The notes under the pieces are model-generated. The model ran no database searches and had not been told where the DNA came from. It saw nothing but the letters and a program-made list of their open reading frames with translations. Below are positions 61,301 through 64,000 of a DNA stretch of 64,000 nt, one piece after another. A program made the position numbers and the translations under genes. This DNA is from Iphione sp. A-MEVVRFRX5 (Eukaryota). Location: contig OZ320317.1 in NCBI GenBank assembly GCA_976226885.1, positions 59,768,001 through 59,832,000 on the forward strand, read 5' to 3'. Each line of letters begins with the position of its first letter. The stretch's first letter is position 1.

Positions 61301-64000
61301 GTCCACACAAAGGCATGATGTAATTAACAAGAAATGGCTTAAATATCACTAATGTAACGTCTTTATGCTAATAGACACAGCGCCAATGATGTTTAGGGGA
61401 AATTAAGAGCCTAACCAAATGATTGTTGAATGAAATGTCGTGGGTTGAACAAGGAATAAAGAGGCTCAGACAACAGGAGGCAGGAACATATTCTTATGAA
61501 ATGTTATAATTTAAAGGGAGATAAAGATATATGACTTTTCCTTACTGCCTCTAGTAATACCATAAGATTTGATTTTGTCATCACTAAAACTGTCCGGGAA
61601 AAGTAGAACATTATGAATTTAATATCTGTGAACTAGGCGTCACATGTTTACATTACATCGAATAGATTCATCCATGTTTTTATATCATGAGACGTTTGTA
61701 ACGTAAGCATAATGCACATTACTGAGTGCTGGTGATTAAAGTTGATAAAGCAAAGCTATCTTCTAGATGTGTTATACATGGATTTTCCATCAGCTCAGTA
61801 TAGTACTACAAATGTTTGACAATCCGAAGAAAACTCATCGAAGCCCACAAGTTGGCATAAATGCGGGGTAACTGTACAAGCCCAAATTTAGGGTAAACAA
61901 TGGAAAGCACACAAGACAGTCAAAATCACAAGCAGAAACACAAGAAAAACATACACATGTACTGGTAAAAGTAACTACAAATAACTGTCACTACTTCTTC
62001 ACAATTAGTATTTCAATAGGCATTTCAAAACGAGAAGGAAATACTGACAGTCCAATAGCTATCCCTCTGTGACAAACATCGTGTTCAGGCCCTGACTGCC
62101 ACAAGCAATCCTATCAGCTGTTTGACTCCTCGTCCACAGAAAGGTTAGGGACGGGACCGACTGCTCAGGTTGCCAGGCAACAGGTGCGCCACGACGCCCC
62201 AAATACACGGGCTGTCTTTTTCATGATATTCGGTCGGTTTTCTCGGTTATTTTTAACACTTAAAGGGGTCAGTTTAGGTCCTAGTCTGAGGACTGGGGGA
62301 CGGGAGAAGGAGGGGGTATCTGGGTAGCACCCGCCTTCTTCGGCAGTGCAGTGATTAGCTTTTCTTATGTTAATTGACCTGTCTGAGACAGATGTCGTCT
62401 GCTAATGGTATACCTAAAATAAGACGCACGGGCAAAGGAGGTGGAGGTCCTGGGCAGCTACTTCAGCTCATGGGAGCGCCGGTGGTAAAGGATGGAGTGT
62501 GCCACCCACAGTTATTGTGTCACATATACACCTCGTGTATTCACCAAACGGAAAACATCAGCCAATGGCGTCGTGCTGCTAAGATCCAGGAAGTCTAACA
62601 CATAAGTTTTGTACAGGCATAGCGACATCGTGGTTGCACGTTTATGCTATCAGCATATATATATATGCATATTTATATATTCCAGTGTGTTCAGTCTCAA
62701 ATGTATATTGATCCTTACATGTCCAAGGCTTGTTCAAATAAAACCTTTTTGTTGTTTGGAGATGCTGACCCTTGAATAGGCAATTATCAATTCAGTGCTT
62801 CATTTATAACATTTAAGCTCCACTGTTTCATGCTTGTTTGTGATCTCGGTAAAGCTACGACATTCCTTTGTATATATTTATAAATATGTACCTGAGAAAT
62901 CAAGAATTGTTAAATTTGTTCAGAACAATGTCTGGTGAATTAAGAAAATAGCTGAAAGGCAACACCGACATGCTTTAGAGGAAATTGGGGAAATCTTTCT
63001 ACCTTCATGGTATCAAGACTGAAGGCCAGAAGAGGAATGAATACTTCCAACCGTGCGAAACACATCGACTTCACCCATTTCAACGTTTCATTGCAGATCA
63101 TATGTTTGTACACAGTGTTGTTAAATAGAAAGACTTCTCTTGGGCAAAGAAGCGAGCTTGCATACCTGTGCCGTTGCTGGCCATGTCTCCAGCGGGAAGT
63201 TGAAATGTCGTCTGATAATTCAGTCCCTGGTAGATAATGTCACGTGATTTACCCTTATCCACACTGTAATTGACTTCGTATCGGATTGGCAGGTCCTGTG
63301 GATTCAAAGATACATAAAGTATTTCAACAGTGATATGAAAGATCAAATGTAGATTAGTTTGAAAGGACCAGTCGTGTCTGAAACATTATTTGTCCGTGAT
63401 AATACATATATTTGTTTCATGTGCTTCGAGAGGAAACTGAATATCATCGATGGCTAGATAAATTCTAAAGATGATACATTTAGAACGCCGCATAAAAATA
63501 GATGGAAAAATTCATACTTGCGATTTATATTGAGACACATTGAAAGCAAAATACTCGACAAAAAGAATCCTTCAACATCTATTAAATGCTAGCATAAACA
63601 CGCGAAATAGCTGACAAGATAAAATGGTAACTAACAGTTCATAACCAAGGTCATCTACGTGAAATAAAATGTTCACTGCTGGATGGGTAGTTTCTTCGCA
63701 GCTGTTGTCGACACACTTACCTTCCCCAACCCTAACCAATATCAAAAGCTGCACAATATCTGTAAAACACCACAACGCCGATCTTTTAAGATTTATTGTT
63801 ACGTACACGTGTATCTGATATGCCTGGTTGAACACGTTCCCGGCAGGCAGCCAATTGAATACGTCTACACCGATAACGTACATTATTTCTAAAAAGTCCA
63901 CACATATTTCATAAAGGCACACCAATCCTCACGAGCCCTCCCCTCCCCTTCCCCTCCCTGCACGGGCATCATACTACGTCCCTTTCCTCCCGCCTAGATA

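Noticed and set aside
1-64000. CRISPR arrays, prokaryotic operons or defence systems
   Set aside because: The DNA is eukaryotic in character; no repeat-spacer array or dense prokaryotic-style coding was seen.

Overview
Non-coding-rich eukaryotic DNA, most likely an invertebrate metazoan. It resembles amphioxus (CpG not depleted, at least 25 copies of TACATGTA counted by eye); this host call is inference only. Bases 1-~5470 hold a minus-strand Ty3/Gypsy LTR retrotransposon that looks intact: 5' LTR, 18-nt tRNA-Leu PBS, gag with a CCHC knuckle, a G_GGA_AAC -1 frameshift site with an 11-bp stem-loop, and a stop-free pol frame (PR, dUTPase-like spacer, RT, RH, IN). The pol frame runs off the window edge and is missing from the ORF track. 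Further oddities of this element: the gag AUG lies inside the LTR, an overlapping RS-rich ORF is present, and a 15-nt gag/U3 complementarity resembles an RNA-cyclisation signal. In the remaining ~58 kb I recognised no host protein-coding gene. That part contains decayed retroelements (a DIRS tyrosine-recombinase relic, an Ngaro-like relic whose RT slot is occupied by a LINE RT fragment, and a LINE tail), several MITEs, microsatellites, a 160-nt assembly gap, and GC-rich islands with RFX, Otx-type, Pbx/Meis, CTCF and NRF1/YY1/ETS-like motifs that suggest a regulatory landscape or large intron. All translations were done by hand, and the boundaries of decayed elements are approximate.
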